A DNA stretch of 61,912 nt, filler included. It is 6 parts of 6 records of this genome, joined end to end, with 100 filler letters (N's around TTAATTAATTAA, not from the genome) between each part and the next. Parts side by side here need not be neighbours in the genome. Positions count along the whole stretch, not along the records: positions 41,997 to 49,686 come from SRR31147125_17661; positions 49,787 to 55,516 come from SRR31147125_17694; 4 more parts are not named here. The stretch is one strand, 5' to 3'. Below the pieces are notes generated by a model. That model did not search any database and was not told the DNA's origin. It worked only from the letters and a program-made list of their open reading frames with translations. Of this stretch, positions 42,097 through 52,352 are shown in pieces; position 1 is the first letter of the stretch; each line of letters opens with the position of its first letter. A program made the translations under genes and the position numbers.

Positions 42097-43233
42097 ATGA
42101 AATTTGTAGTTTCAAGCACCGAATTACTGAGTCATCTTGCTGCTATTAGTAAAGTTATCAGCAGTAAAAGTACAATGCCAATTCTCGATAACTTTTTGTT
42201 TCAATTTTCTGAAACAGAGTTAACAATTACGGCTTCCGATTTGGAGTCGACTTTAATTACGAGCCTCGAATTGGATAATATCGAGGGAAATGGTGCTGTG
42301 GCCATTCCTGCAAAATTGCTAACCGATACCTTAAAGGAATTTCCTGAGCAACCTCTGACTTTTCAGATTGATGGCGATTCTTTTAATATCGAAATTTTTT
42401 CTGATAATGGTAAGTTTAGCATTATGGGGCAGGATGCGGTTGATTTTCCGGAGCAACCACAACTCGATGCCGATGCAGCTTCTTCAATTAACGTAAGCCA
42501 CGTTGTGTTGCAAAAAGGTATTGAAAAAACATTGTTTGCCACTGCCGACGATGAGCTTCGTCCGGTAATGAACGGTATTTACGTGGAGCTTTCGCCCGAT
42601 TATATGAGCTTTGTGGCTTCTGATGCGCATAAACTTGTACGCTACCGCAGAATGGATGCAAAAGCTGAATTCGAATCGTCTTTCATTCTTCCTAAAAAAC
42701 CGGCCAGTTTATTGAAAAACCTGTTGCCAAAAGAAGAGTTTGATGTAAAAGTTGAATTCGATGATAAAAATGCATTTTTCGAACTCAGCAACTACAAACT
42801 AATTTGTCGTTTAGTTGAAGGAAACTATCCAAGTTACAATTCGGTAATTCCTACAGTTAATCCAAATAAAATGACCATCGACCGTTTGAACTTTTTCAAT
42901 ACGGTAAAAAGGGTGTCGGTATTTTCTAATCAGGCAAGTAACCTCATTAAATTGAATATTAACGAAAACCAATTGGTGGTTTCTGCTCAAGATATCGATT
43001 TCTCGATTTCGGCAGTTGAACGTTTGAACTGCGAATACGAAGGAGAAGAAATTGAGATTGGCTTCAAATCTACTTTCCTGCAGGAAATATTAACCAATAT
43101 TTCTACCGTAGATGTTAGAGTAGAAATGAGTGACCCAACACGTGCCGGGTTATTGCTTCCGACCGTAACTGATGATGCAGAAGAAGAAGAAGACATGCTT
43201 ATGCTTCTGATGCCGATGATGATTAACGCATAA
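42097..43233 (+). CDS. dnaN: DNA polymerase III beta clamp
   Basis: PILDNFLF, ASDLE, D.LRPVMNG, ASDAHKL, G.YP.Y..VIP, LLMPM. Confidence 0.97.
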   Translation: MKFVVSSTELLSHLAAISKVISSKSTMPILDNFLFQFSETELTITASDLESTLITSLELDNIEGNGAVAIPAKLLTDTLKEFPEQPLTFQIDGDSFNIEIFSDNGKFSIMGQDAVDFPEQPQLDADAASSINVSHVVLQKGIEKTLFATADDELRPVMNGIYVELSPDYMSFVASDAHKLVRYRRMDAKAEFESSFILPKKPASLLKNLLPKEEFDVKVEFDDKNAFFELSNYKLICRLVEGNYPSYNSVIPTVNPNKMTIDRLNFFNTVKRVSVFSNQASNLIKLNINENQLVVSAQDIDFSISAVERLNCEYEGEEIEIGFKSTFLQEILTNISTVDVRVEMSDPTRAGLLLPTVTDDAEEEEDMLMLLMPMMINA

Positions 43234-43252
43234 AAAATTATAAAACAACCAT

Positions 43253-43297
43253 AAAAGGTATCCAATTACTGTTGAAACATTTTGGATACCTTTTTTT
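43253..43297 (+). terminator. Terminator hairpin
   Basis: AAAAGGTATCCAA...TTGGATACC-T7. Confidence 0.7.
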
Positions 43298-43310
43298 ATA
43301 CAACAAAATC

Positions 43311-44115
43311 ATGCAACTTCAATTAAAAAATCCCATTGTTTTCCTCGATTTGGAAACCACCGGTATTAATATTGTTACCGACCGAATTGTAGAAATTGCT
43401 TTAATAAAAGTAAATATTGACGGAACAGAAGAGGAAAAACTTTTACGGATTAATCCGGAAATGCCCATCCCTCAGGAATCATCATCCATTCACGGTATTT
43501 ACGATGAGGATATAAAAGATGCACCAACTTTTAAGGAAGTAGCAAAAACACTTGCAAAGTTTATAGAAGGATGCGACTTGGGAGGTTTTAATTCGAACCG
43601 TTTTGATATTCCTCTTTTGGCCGAAGAGTTTTTACGTGTGGAAGTAGATGTGGATTTTAAAAAGCGCAAATTTATTGATGTGCAAGCTATTTTTCACAAA
43701 ATGGAGAAACGCACATTAACTGCCGCCTATAAGTTTTATTGCAATAGAATTGACCGATGCACACAGTGCCATGGCTGATACAAAAGCTACCTACGAAGTA
43801 TTAAAGTCTCAACTAGACAAATACAAAGGAGTAGAATTTGAAGATAACAAAGGCAAAAAATCTACGCCCATTGTTAATGATATTGATGAACTCAGCGAAT
43901 TTTCATCGTACGACAGAAATGTAGATTTTGTTGGCCGTATTGTTTACGACGAGAATGGAGTTGAATGCTTCAACTTTGGCAAAAATAAAGGAGTTCCTGT
44001 GGAAAAAGTATTGCAGGAACAACCCGGTTATTTTGGCTGGATTTTAAACAGCGAATTTCCGCTTTATACCAAGAAAGTTTTAACTCAGTTGAAACTTAAA
44101 ATGATGAATAAATAG
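43311..44115 (+). CDS. DEDDh 3'-5' exonuclease (DnaQ-like); frameshift near 43743-43750
   Basis: DLETTG, FN...FD, and AHSA.AD in the second frame; FGK.KG C-terminus. Confidence 0.9.
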
Positions 44116-44118
44116 ACT

Positions 44119-44200
44119 TGTCATTTCGAAGGAGGAATGACTGAGAAATCTGTTACTCGCTGACGACCGTTGGTAGCAGATTCTCGATTCGTTCGATATA
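44119..44200. repeat. Degenerate REP/MITE-like palindromic element
   Basis: TGTCATTTCGAA..GAGAAATCTG...CAGATT-CTC..TTCGA imperfect inverted repeat in intergenic DNA. Confidence 0.55.
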
Positions 44201-44226
44201 ATAGCAATGTAATAATAACTAAGGTC

Positions 44227-44841
44227 ATGAAAATAATTTGCATAGGAAGAAATTACGTGGCTCATGCAAAAGAATTTAATGAGCAGGTTCCGGAAGAACC
44301 CATATTTTTTATGAAGCCCGATACGGCTTTGTTACGAAATAATGATCCATTTTATATTCCGGAATGGACAAACGAGGTGCATCACGAAATTGAACTTGTT
44401 ATTAAGATAACCCGAATTGGGAAAAATATTGAGAAACGTTTTGCACACCGTTATTACGATGAAATTGGTTTAGGAATTGATTTTACTGCCCGCGATGTTC
44501 AGGCAGAGTTGAAGAAAAAAGGACTTCCATGGGAAAAATCTAAAGCCTTTGATAAGTCGGCGGTACTAGGCAATACATTTTTATCGAAATCTATTTTCCC
44601 CGACGATGAGGCTATAAAATTTAACCTTGACATTAATGGAAAGACTGTACAAGAAGCACATTCGGGATTGATGATTTTCGATTTCGACGAGCTTATTGCC
44701 CATATTTCAAAGTACGTAACCTTGAAAATTGGTGATTTAATCTATACCGGAACGCCGGCAAACGTTGGCCCCGTTAAAATTGGCGACCACCTTGAAGCTT
44801 ATCTGGAGGATAAAAAGCTTCTTGATTTTATGATTAAATAG
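44227..44841 (+). CDS. Fumarylacetoacetate hydrolase family protein
   Basis: KIICIGRNY..H..E, F.KP, HHE.EL, D.TARD.Q, K.FD, TGTP. Confidence 0.93.
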   Translation: MKIICIGRNYVAHAKEFNEQVPEEPIFFMKPDTALLRNNDPFYIPEWTNEVHHEIELVIKITRIGKNIEKRFAHRYYDEIGLGIDFTARDVQAELKKKGLPWEKSKAFDKSAVLGNTFLSKSIFPDDEAIKFNLDINGKTVQEAHSGLMIFDFDELIAHISKYVTLKIGDLIYTGTPANVGPVKIGDHLEAYLEDKKLLDFMIK

Positions 44842-44892
44842 TTAAGTAGAACTTAGGTCTTCGGTCTTCCGATTACCGTCATTTTTTCTTTT

Positions 44893-45315
44893 ATGCAAAA
44901 CCATCATTTTGAACTCGAATTGCAGGTTCGCGACTACGAATGCGACATTCAAGGTATTGTTAATAACGCCGTTTATCAAAATTATTTAGAGCATACGCGC
45001 CATAAGTTTTTAAACCACGTTGGACTCGATTTTGCGGAACTCCATAACGAAGGAATTGATGCCGTGGTTATCAAATCCGAATTGGAATACAAGTTTCCTC
45101 TGCGTCCGGGTGATGATTTTTTTGTGCGTTTAAAAATAGGAAAACAAGGACGATTGAGAATAATTTTCCTGCAGGAAGTTATTCGAAAAGCCGATGAAAA
45201 ACTAATGGTAAAAGCACGAATTACATCGGTATTAACTAGAAATGGAAGGCCGCTATCTCCGGAAATTTTGGAAAGTAAGTTTGAGGAAGCTGGAATAAAA
45301 CTGGAAGAGGTTTAG
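44893..45315 (+). CDS. Acyl-CoA thioesterase (YbgC/4HBT hotdog fold)
   Basis: VRDYECD.QGIVNNAVY..YLE..R. Confidence 0.9.
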   Translation: MQNHHFELELQVRDYECDIQGIVNNAVYQNYLEHTRHKFLNHVGLDFAELHNEGIDAVVIKSELEYKFPLRPGDDFFVRLKIGKQGRLRIIFLQEVIRKADEKLMVKARITSVLTRNGRPLSPEILESKFEEAGIKLEEV

Positions 45316-45326
45316 CACTCTCCCGA

Positions 45327-45962
45327 CTATCCGAGTATCTCTTCAATCCGAAACTCTTCAGGAAGAATACCATTCAATTTTAATGCAGCTTTAAATCCTT
45401 CGTTCATCATTCTTCCCAAACGCAAGGGCATGTCGAGTAGGGCAGGGTAGCTGTTTTTGTCTTCCGGTTTATTAAAGAATTTCAAACAACTTTTTACCGA
45501 CGATGACAAATAAATACGGCATGCCATTGGGCGCGCTTCGTAGGCCATGCAGGCTCCTTCGTTGAGCAAAGGACAGGGGGCTTTTGAATTCAGCAGTTCA
45601 GCTTCATCAAGTTTGTCCAGCTTATTTTTTTTACGCTGAGCCTTGGTTTTTATGGCAGCCTTTGTTTCATCATCAAAATATTCGTCGATATAATTCTGAA
45701 GGTAGCCAAGCTCGTAGTCCAATGCAAAAACCGGCTGATGACAGCACCACTCGCAACCTAGCTTACATTCGATGGCTTGTCCTTGTTGTTGGGCTAAAAC
45801 AGTAATCTGATCAATCAAGCTATCAATTGCCGAGTACATTTCCTGAATAGCTGCAAACATACTTTTTTTATTGTCGCCACCCTCAAGTGCTTTCATCCCC
45901 AGTTGGAATCCGTCGTTGTAAAAGGCTTTTTCAAATGCTTCAATCTGTTTATCTGTACTCAT
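45327..45962 (-). CDS. YkgJ family cysteine-cluster protein
   Basis: C..GC..CC, CPLL..G.C..YE.RP..CR. Confidence 0.88.
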   Translation of the reverse strand: MSTDKQIEAFEKAFYNDGFQLGMKALEGGDNKKSMFAAIQEMYSAIDSLIDQITVLAQQQGQAIECKLGCEWCCHQPVFALDYELGYLQNYIDEYFDDETKAAIKTKAQRKKNKLDKLDEAELLNSKAPCPLLNEGACMAYEARPMACRIYLSSSVKSCLKFFNKPEDKNSYPALLDMPLRLGRMMNEGFKAALKLNGILPEEFRIEEILG

Positions 45963-46026
45963 TCTGATGATTTTTGGCGAAGATAGGTAAAATGCAAATA
46001 ATGAAACAACAGAGGAATTAATAAAT

Positions 46027-46057
46027 AAAAAATCTTCCCGTAAATGAGAAGATTTTT
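46027..46057. terminator. Terminator-like hairpin
   Basis: AAAAATCTTC-loop-GAAGATTTTT. Confidence 0.6.
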
Positions 46058-46111
46058 AAAACATTGTTTAACTGCTTTAGTGATTGACTTTCAAAAAAAA
46101 TAGTTTAATTG

Positions 46112-46510
46112 TTAAGCAAGTCTTTCCGAGTTAATTTTAATTCGGAATATAAACCAAATTATACTTGTTACAAGAAACAGGAAAAGGGAATAAAGTGGTG
46201 CAATAAGTGATGCTTTTAAACCGCCCGCAACGAGCGTTGGAGAAATATCGGAGGTGGTTTCCAAAACAGAGAATGCGCTGTACATTCCCAAGGTTCGGTA
46301 GAACAGGGAGAAAAGTAAACCAAATCCGCCAATAAAAAGAATTGTAGCATTAAATTTATCCAACTTTTTGAAATCACGATTTGTAGATCGGAAGTTTCGT
46401 ATGATACGAATACTTAGAACAATTACTAAAACCCACATAATGTAATGTAGTATCATGAAGAATGGGCCTCCTTCAATAAAATTTTCTTTTAATAAATCAG
46501 CTACTGACAT
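46112..46510 (-). CDS. Small MotA/TolQ/ExbB-like membrane protein
   Basis: F.EGGP.FM, G...AF......ISP..VAGG.K..LI; 3 TM. Confidence 0.7.
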   Translation of the reverse strand: MSVADLLKENFIEGGPFFMILHYIMWVLVIVLSIRIIRNFRSTNRDFKKLDKFNATILFIGGFGLLFSLFYRTLGMYSAFSVLETTSDISPTLVAGGLKASLIAPLYSLFLFLVTSIIWFIFRIKINSERLA

Positions 46511-46565
46511 AATTTTTAAGTTTTTAGATTATTGAATTCTTGTTTGTAAATAATAGTTGAGTTAA

Positions 46566-47453
46566 CTAAGCTTGTTGTTCATTGGATTTTGCCAAAGAGA
46601 CCAAACCTCCCATTGCGCCCAGATTCATTGAGTCGAGCGCCGAGCTTGGCACAATTACCATGGAGCCTTTTTCTTTTAGTCCTTCAAATAGCATATTCAT
46701 TCCGCGCAATTGTAATGCAACAGGATTATTGATATATTTTTGACTGGCCTCTTCAAATTTTACGGCAATTTCAGTTTCGGCAGTTCCTAAAATAACACGT
46801 GCCTGACGTTCGCGTTCTGCTTGTGCTTGTTTACTCATGGCATCGGCAAGGCTTTTCGGAATAATCACATCTTTAATACCAACTGTTTGGCAGGTAATTC
46901 CCCAGGGATTTGTATGTTCATCCAAAGTTACCTGAAGTGCTTCGGCAATTTTTTCACGGTTTTGCAGCAAGTCTGCCAGTTCGTGTTTTCCAATGGTTTC
47001 GCGTAAACAGGTTTGCGCAATATAACTAACCGCACGAATGTACTGTTGCACCTCAAGAGCAGCTTTTTCTACATCCCAAACGGTCCAGTAAACAACGGCA
47101 TCAACATTTACAGGAACAGTGTCTTTGGTTAAAGTTTCTTCGGCTTTAAAATCGGTTACCCGAATTCGTTGGTCTATGTAATTGTCAACCTTATCAATTA
47201 TCGGAATAATCATAAATGGGCCGGGACCTCGTAGTCCGGTGAATTTCCCCATTCGTAACACAACGGCTTTTTCCCATTGGTCGGATATGTGGATTGAGGA
47301 GGCGATTAAAATAGACAGCAAGCCAAGTACAATGGCAAGAATAATATCTATTTTTTCGAAGTAAAATAGTATTCCTACAACACCGAGTAAAATAACTAAA
47401 ACCGCCGTTGAAATGGGATTAAAAAGGCGAAGATTTCTGGATACATATTTCAT
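46566..47453 (-). CDS. SPFH/stomatin (slipin) family protein
   Basis: E.AVVLR.G, LTKD.V.V.VDAV, QT.LR..IG, WG, QA.AERE..A. Confidence 0.93.
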   Translation of the reverse strand: MKYVSRNLRLFNPISTAVLVILLGVVGILFYFEKIDIILAIVLGLLSILIASSIHISDQWEKAVVLRMGKFTGLRGPGPFMIIPIIDKVDNYIDQRIRVTDFKAEETLTKDTVPVNVDAVVYWTVWDVEKAALEVQQYIRAVSYIAQTCLRETIGKHELADLLQNREKIAEALQVTLDEHTNPWGITCQTVGIKDVIIPKSLADAMSKQAQAERERQARVILGTAETEIAVKFEEASQKYINNPVALQLRGMNMLFEGLKEKGSMVIVPSSALDSMNLGAMGGLVSLAKSNEQQA

Positions 47454-47471
47454 TTTAGTAGAATTTAAAGG

Positions 47472-47855
47472 TTATTGTTTATTATTGTTTTGCATAGCTT
47501 TTAACTCGTTAACTATGTCGTTACTTGTAAAACCATAACTTGAAGCTATGGTGAGGAATTCACGGCAGATGCTGTGCAGCTTTTCTTGCTTTTGTTTTGG
47601 TGTTATTTTTAAATCGGTGTTGCCTATAAAAGTGCCCGAACCTAAATGTGTTTCCAAAACATTCCGAATTTCCAACTCTTTATAGGCTTTCGAAACCGTA
47701 TTCAAATTAACTTTTAACTCTACCGCCAGGGCGCGTACTGTGGGAAGCTGTTCTCCAACGTTTAGATTCCCACTGGCAATTCCAAATTTTATCTGATCTA
47801 TTATTTGTCGATAAAATGGAACGCCTGCTTTTGGATCTAATTTGAAATCTATCAT
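47472..47855 (-). CDS. GntR family regulator, YtrA subfamily
   Basis: P.Y.QI..QI...I..G.L..G.QLP.VR.LA..L.VN.NTV.KAY; short C-terminal domain. Confidence 0.92.
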   Translation of the reverse strand: MIDFKLDPKAGVPFYRQIIDQIKFGIASGNLNVGEQLPTVRALAVELKVNLNTVSKAYKELEIRNVLETHLGSGTFIGNTDLKITPKQKQEKLHSICREFLTIASSYGFTSNDIVNELKAMQNNNKQ

Positions 47856-47878
47856 TATGAAATATTAATATAAAACTA

Positions 47879-47904
47879 TATTGTAATACTACAATAGTAC
47901 AATA
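47879..47904. promoter_or_regulatory. YtrA-type GntR operator
   Basis: Palindrome TATTGTA-ATACTACAATAG-TACAATA, about 25 nt upstream of the gntR start. Confidence 0.7.
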
Positions 47905-48155
47905 AATATTTAACCCATAACAAATTTTTAGTGGTGTTGTTTAGTAGGTCGTGGCTAACTGTCTGAATGAGTGAGGATTAATGGTTTGGCCGCTGTGTTG
48001 TTCAACTACGGAATGTCTTATTCGGGAAACCTTTAGCAGGTAGTGTTGACACTTCTTTCTGACTTAAAGAGTAGTTTGAAGCAATAAAGTCATGATGACT
48101 CTTAAACTCAAAGTATCATAATTAGAAATGAATTTGGGAATTAAACTTAAGAAAA

Positions 48156-49538
48156 TCAGATTTTTTTGCGTTCCTTCTTCTCGGCTTTTAAGCGCTTAAA
48201 ATAATCTTTTGACGCGCGTTTCACATGTTTCGATAGAAGTATGGTTGTAATAACCGTAGGAAATGCCATCAGTGCAAAAGCAATATCAATGAGGCCGATA
48301 ATAACGCGCAGGTTAGCTACCGCACCAAGTAGAATAACTGCAACAAAAAGGTAGTTATAAATATTCTGATATTTCGTTCCTGCAACAAATCCAAGGCATT
48401 TTACGCCATAATATGGGAAGGCAAACATGGTAGACATGGAGAAGAAAATGACACAAGTTGCCAGGATGTATTTTCCGTAGAAAGGTATAGACGAATCGAA
48501 AGCTTGTGCAGTTAAGGTAATTCCATCGGCGCTGCTTTCTTGCCAGGTATTGGTAATAATAATGGCCAAAGCAGTCATGGTACAAACAATAATGGTATCA
48601 ATTATTGGTCCGAGCATAGCCACCAAACCTTCGCGAATGGGCTCGTTGGTTTTTGCGGCTCCGTGTGCCATTGGAGCAGTTCCCAGTCCGGCTTCGTTCG
48701 AAAAGGCTGCACGACGAACGCCGGTAATTATTATTGCACCAAGCGCTCCTCCCAGCACTGCATCGCCTGTAAAAGCATCATGCAGAATGGTTTGAAAAGC
48801 CGGAATTATTTGTGACGAGTTAGAGAAAATAATGTACAAAACAGTAAGCGTATAAACCACCACCATGGTTGGCACCAGCCGCCCGGTAACGTTGCCAATA
48901 CGTTTAATGCCACCAATTACAACCAGTCCAACAAGAATAGATATAACCACTCCGGTGAGGATATTCGAGGTAAAAGATGTTTCAATATTATTGGGAATAA
49001 GAATTACATCGCGTACCATTTGCGTAAGTTGGTTAGCCTGAAAAAGTGGTGAAACTCCAATCATTGCCATTAATGCAAAAAATACGGCAACCGGTCTCCA
49101 GTTTTTTCCAAGTCCTTCAGTAATGTAATACATGGGGCCTCCCTGAATTTCGCCGGCATCGTCTTTGCCGCGAAACATTACGGCCAGCGAGCAGGTAAAA
49201 AATTTGGTACTAACTCCTAAAAGAGCCGATACCCACATCCAGAAAATGGCTCCCGGTCCACCCATGGTAATCGCCACTGCAACACCACTTACATTTCCCA
49301 TTCCCACGGTTCCGGCCAGCGCAGTTGAAAGTGCCTGGTAATGCCGAAGTTGACCTTCTTCATCGGGATCGTCGTATTTACCGGTAAGAATTTGAATGGC
49401 ATGCCCAATGTAACGCAGGGGGGCCAAACGCGAATAAACCAAAAAGTAAAATCCGCCTCCAAGCAGCAAAATTAGTATTGGGGCTCCCCAAATTCCATCG
49501 GAAATAGAAATGATAAGTTGACCGAGTTTTTCAAACAT
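48156..49538 (-). CDS. Alanine/glycine:cation symporter (AGCS/AlsT family)
   Basis: AL.TALAGTVG.GN..GVA.AI..GGPGA.FWMW, GGPMYYI, FSNEAG.G, IDT...CT. Confidence 0.95.
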   Translation of the reverse strand: MFEKLGQLIISISDGIWGAPILILLLGGGFYFLVYSRLAPLRYIGHAIQILTGKYDDPDEEGQLRHYQALSTALAGTVGMGNVSGVAVAITMGGPGAIFWMWVSALLGVSTKFFTCSLAVMFRGKDDAGEIQGGPMYYITEGLGKNWRPVAVFFALMAMIGVSPLFQANQLTQMVRDVILIPNNIETSFTSNILTGVVISILVGLVVIGGIKRIGNVTGRLVPTMVVVYTLTVLYIIFSNSSQIIPAFQTILHDAFTGDAVLGGALGAIIITGVRRAAFSNEAGLGTAPMAHGAAKTNEPIREGLVAMLGPIIDTIIVCTMTALAIIITNTWQESSADGITLTAQAFDSSIPFYGKYILATCVIFFSMSTMFAFPYYGVKCLGFVAGTKYQNIYNYLFVAVILLGAVANLRVIIGLIDIAFALMAFPTVITTILLSKHVKRASKDYFKRLKAEKKERKKI

Positions 49539-49632
49539 CTTGCTAAGAAAATGTAATTATCTTGAAAAACAAACAGCATTTTGAAAGAAAATTGAATGTT
49601 TTTGTGATAAAGTGCTTTGGTAAATCAAGGCT

Positions 49633-49678
49633 ATTCACGGGGTGACTTTAAGTTATCACAAATAGTCACCCCGTGAAT
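49633..49678. terminator. Strong hairpin at contig end (terminator or REP)
   Basis: 15-bp perfect inverted repeat ATTCACGGGGTGACT / AGTCACCCCGTGAAT. Confidence 0.55.
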
Positions 49679-49686
49679 TAAAAAAA

Positions 49687-49786
49687 NNNNNNNNNNNNNN
49701 NNNNNNNNNNNNNNNNNNNNNNNNNNNNNNTTAATTAATTAANNNNNNNNNNNNNNNNNNNNNNNNNNNNNNNNNNNNNNNNNNNN
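49687..49786. other. Artificial contig spacer
   Basis: N44-TTAATTAATTAA-N44. Confidence 0.99.
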
Positions 49787-51074
<1,288 letters not shown>

Positions 51075-51106
51075 TCAATACAGCTTAAAGAAAAGAGGTT
51101 TTCTAA

Positions 51107-51137
51107 GGCCGCTTCGGATTTTCCGGAGCGGTTTTTT
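51107..51137 (+). terminator. Rho-independent terminator
   Basis: GGCCGCTTCGGA-ttt-TCCGGAGCGGTT followed by a T tract. Confidence 0.8.
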
Positions 51138-51183
51138 ATTCAAAAAAAGTCTGGATGACCAAAGCCGGGTTTCTACTGCAGCA

Positions 51184-52106
51184 TCAGCGACCGCGGGTAA
51201 AGAAGTTCTCCATAAGCCCTGATATAAAAGCGGGTTCGGGGGATGGCTTGAAAATTTCGGATTTCTTTACCGGCTTTGTATCAAGGCAGAGCCGTATAAG
51301 AGCTTTGAAGCCTTTATCTTCATCCTGGATATGATTGAGGAGAAATACCGCTTCATCCAGATAGTCCTGAAGAAACTTCTCCTGAATTCCTCCATGGTCT
51401 ACCCGCAGATGCTCTTCTACATCCTGAAGGATTCCTCTGATACTGAATGGATGACCCCGTTCCTGGGAGCTTATGACTTTGAAATGATTCAATACCAGCC
51501 AGTTGCGCAGATAGAGTTTTCTATCATCGGTGTAGATCCTGGATTTCTTAGCGACTTCCCGGTTCAGTATGTTTTTTATCCGCATCTCGTCGGGATCATT
51601 GACCATGATAAGTTTCAGACGCAATTTCGGGAGGGGAGTCTCTGTTTTCCCCTTCATTTCTGCAAACTGAAGGGCCCCGAGGATGATTGTTTTTCTATAA
51701 TCACTGGAAACTCCTCGGATCACGAGATCATCCATCTCTATGACCCCCTGAATTTTGGCCCTGTTTTCTTTAGAAAGGGCTTTCCGGATCCGGGCGAGGG
51801 TGTACCAGCCTGTGGTGTATGAACCGACATTATGTTTTTTCATCAGTCGAGTTGCTGTCACCGGACCTTTGAGGGATACCACATCATGAATAAAACCGAG
51901 CCAGGTGGTGAGCGGAAGGTGGCTTCTGTGAAAAAGGGTGGCGCTCAGAGGAGACCACTCCTTCAGGCAGCCGGCACAGATGAGCTTTCGGCGGCTGACT
52001 CTTTCTCGGATATGGGAGTGTCCGCAGGAAGGACAGAGGGGGAACTACCGTATTTCAGATTGACAAGGAACCTAAAAGCGTCAATTTCCGTAGAGGGTGT
52101 GACCAT
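51184..52106 (-). mobile_element. IS1595-family transposase-like gene (Zn ribbon + divergent DDE domain); frameshift at G5 52038-52042
   Basis: Restored N-terminus has CPSC..CAGC and T.FH.S.LPL..W; also G.IE.DD, IYTDD, K.LQ.YLDE..F..N. No matching terminal inverted repeats found. Confidence 0.75.
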
Positions 52107-52221
52107 AAAGTTCACTATAGTGAGAAAAAGGCATTAAGTAAATAAGATGGGCGTATTTTATCTTGACGGTATTAAAACCTGTATGCTTATATGAAGATAT
52201 TATAATTTCAGGAGGAACAAA

Positions 52222-52352
52222 ATGTTTGGATTACCCGCAGCTACAAGCTGGGTACTTTTTGGTTTTCCCGCCTTTTGGATCATTTATACGGTTGTTTTTA
52301 TGGTGAAAACCAGAAACTGGCCGGATGATTCGGAAAAGGGGGGGATGAATGA
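52222..52352 (+). CDS. Small (~43 aa) single-TM accessory protein of the symporter
   Basis: AGGAGG RBS; hydrophobic core. One extra G in G7 52338-52344 places TGA over the symporter ATG. Confidence 0.65.

Noticed and set aside
52129-52146. GGCATTAAGTAAATAA as an IS1595 terminal inverted repeat
   Set aside because: No matching copy found on the other side of the transposase gene
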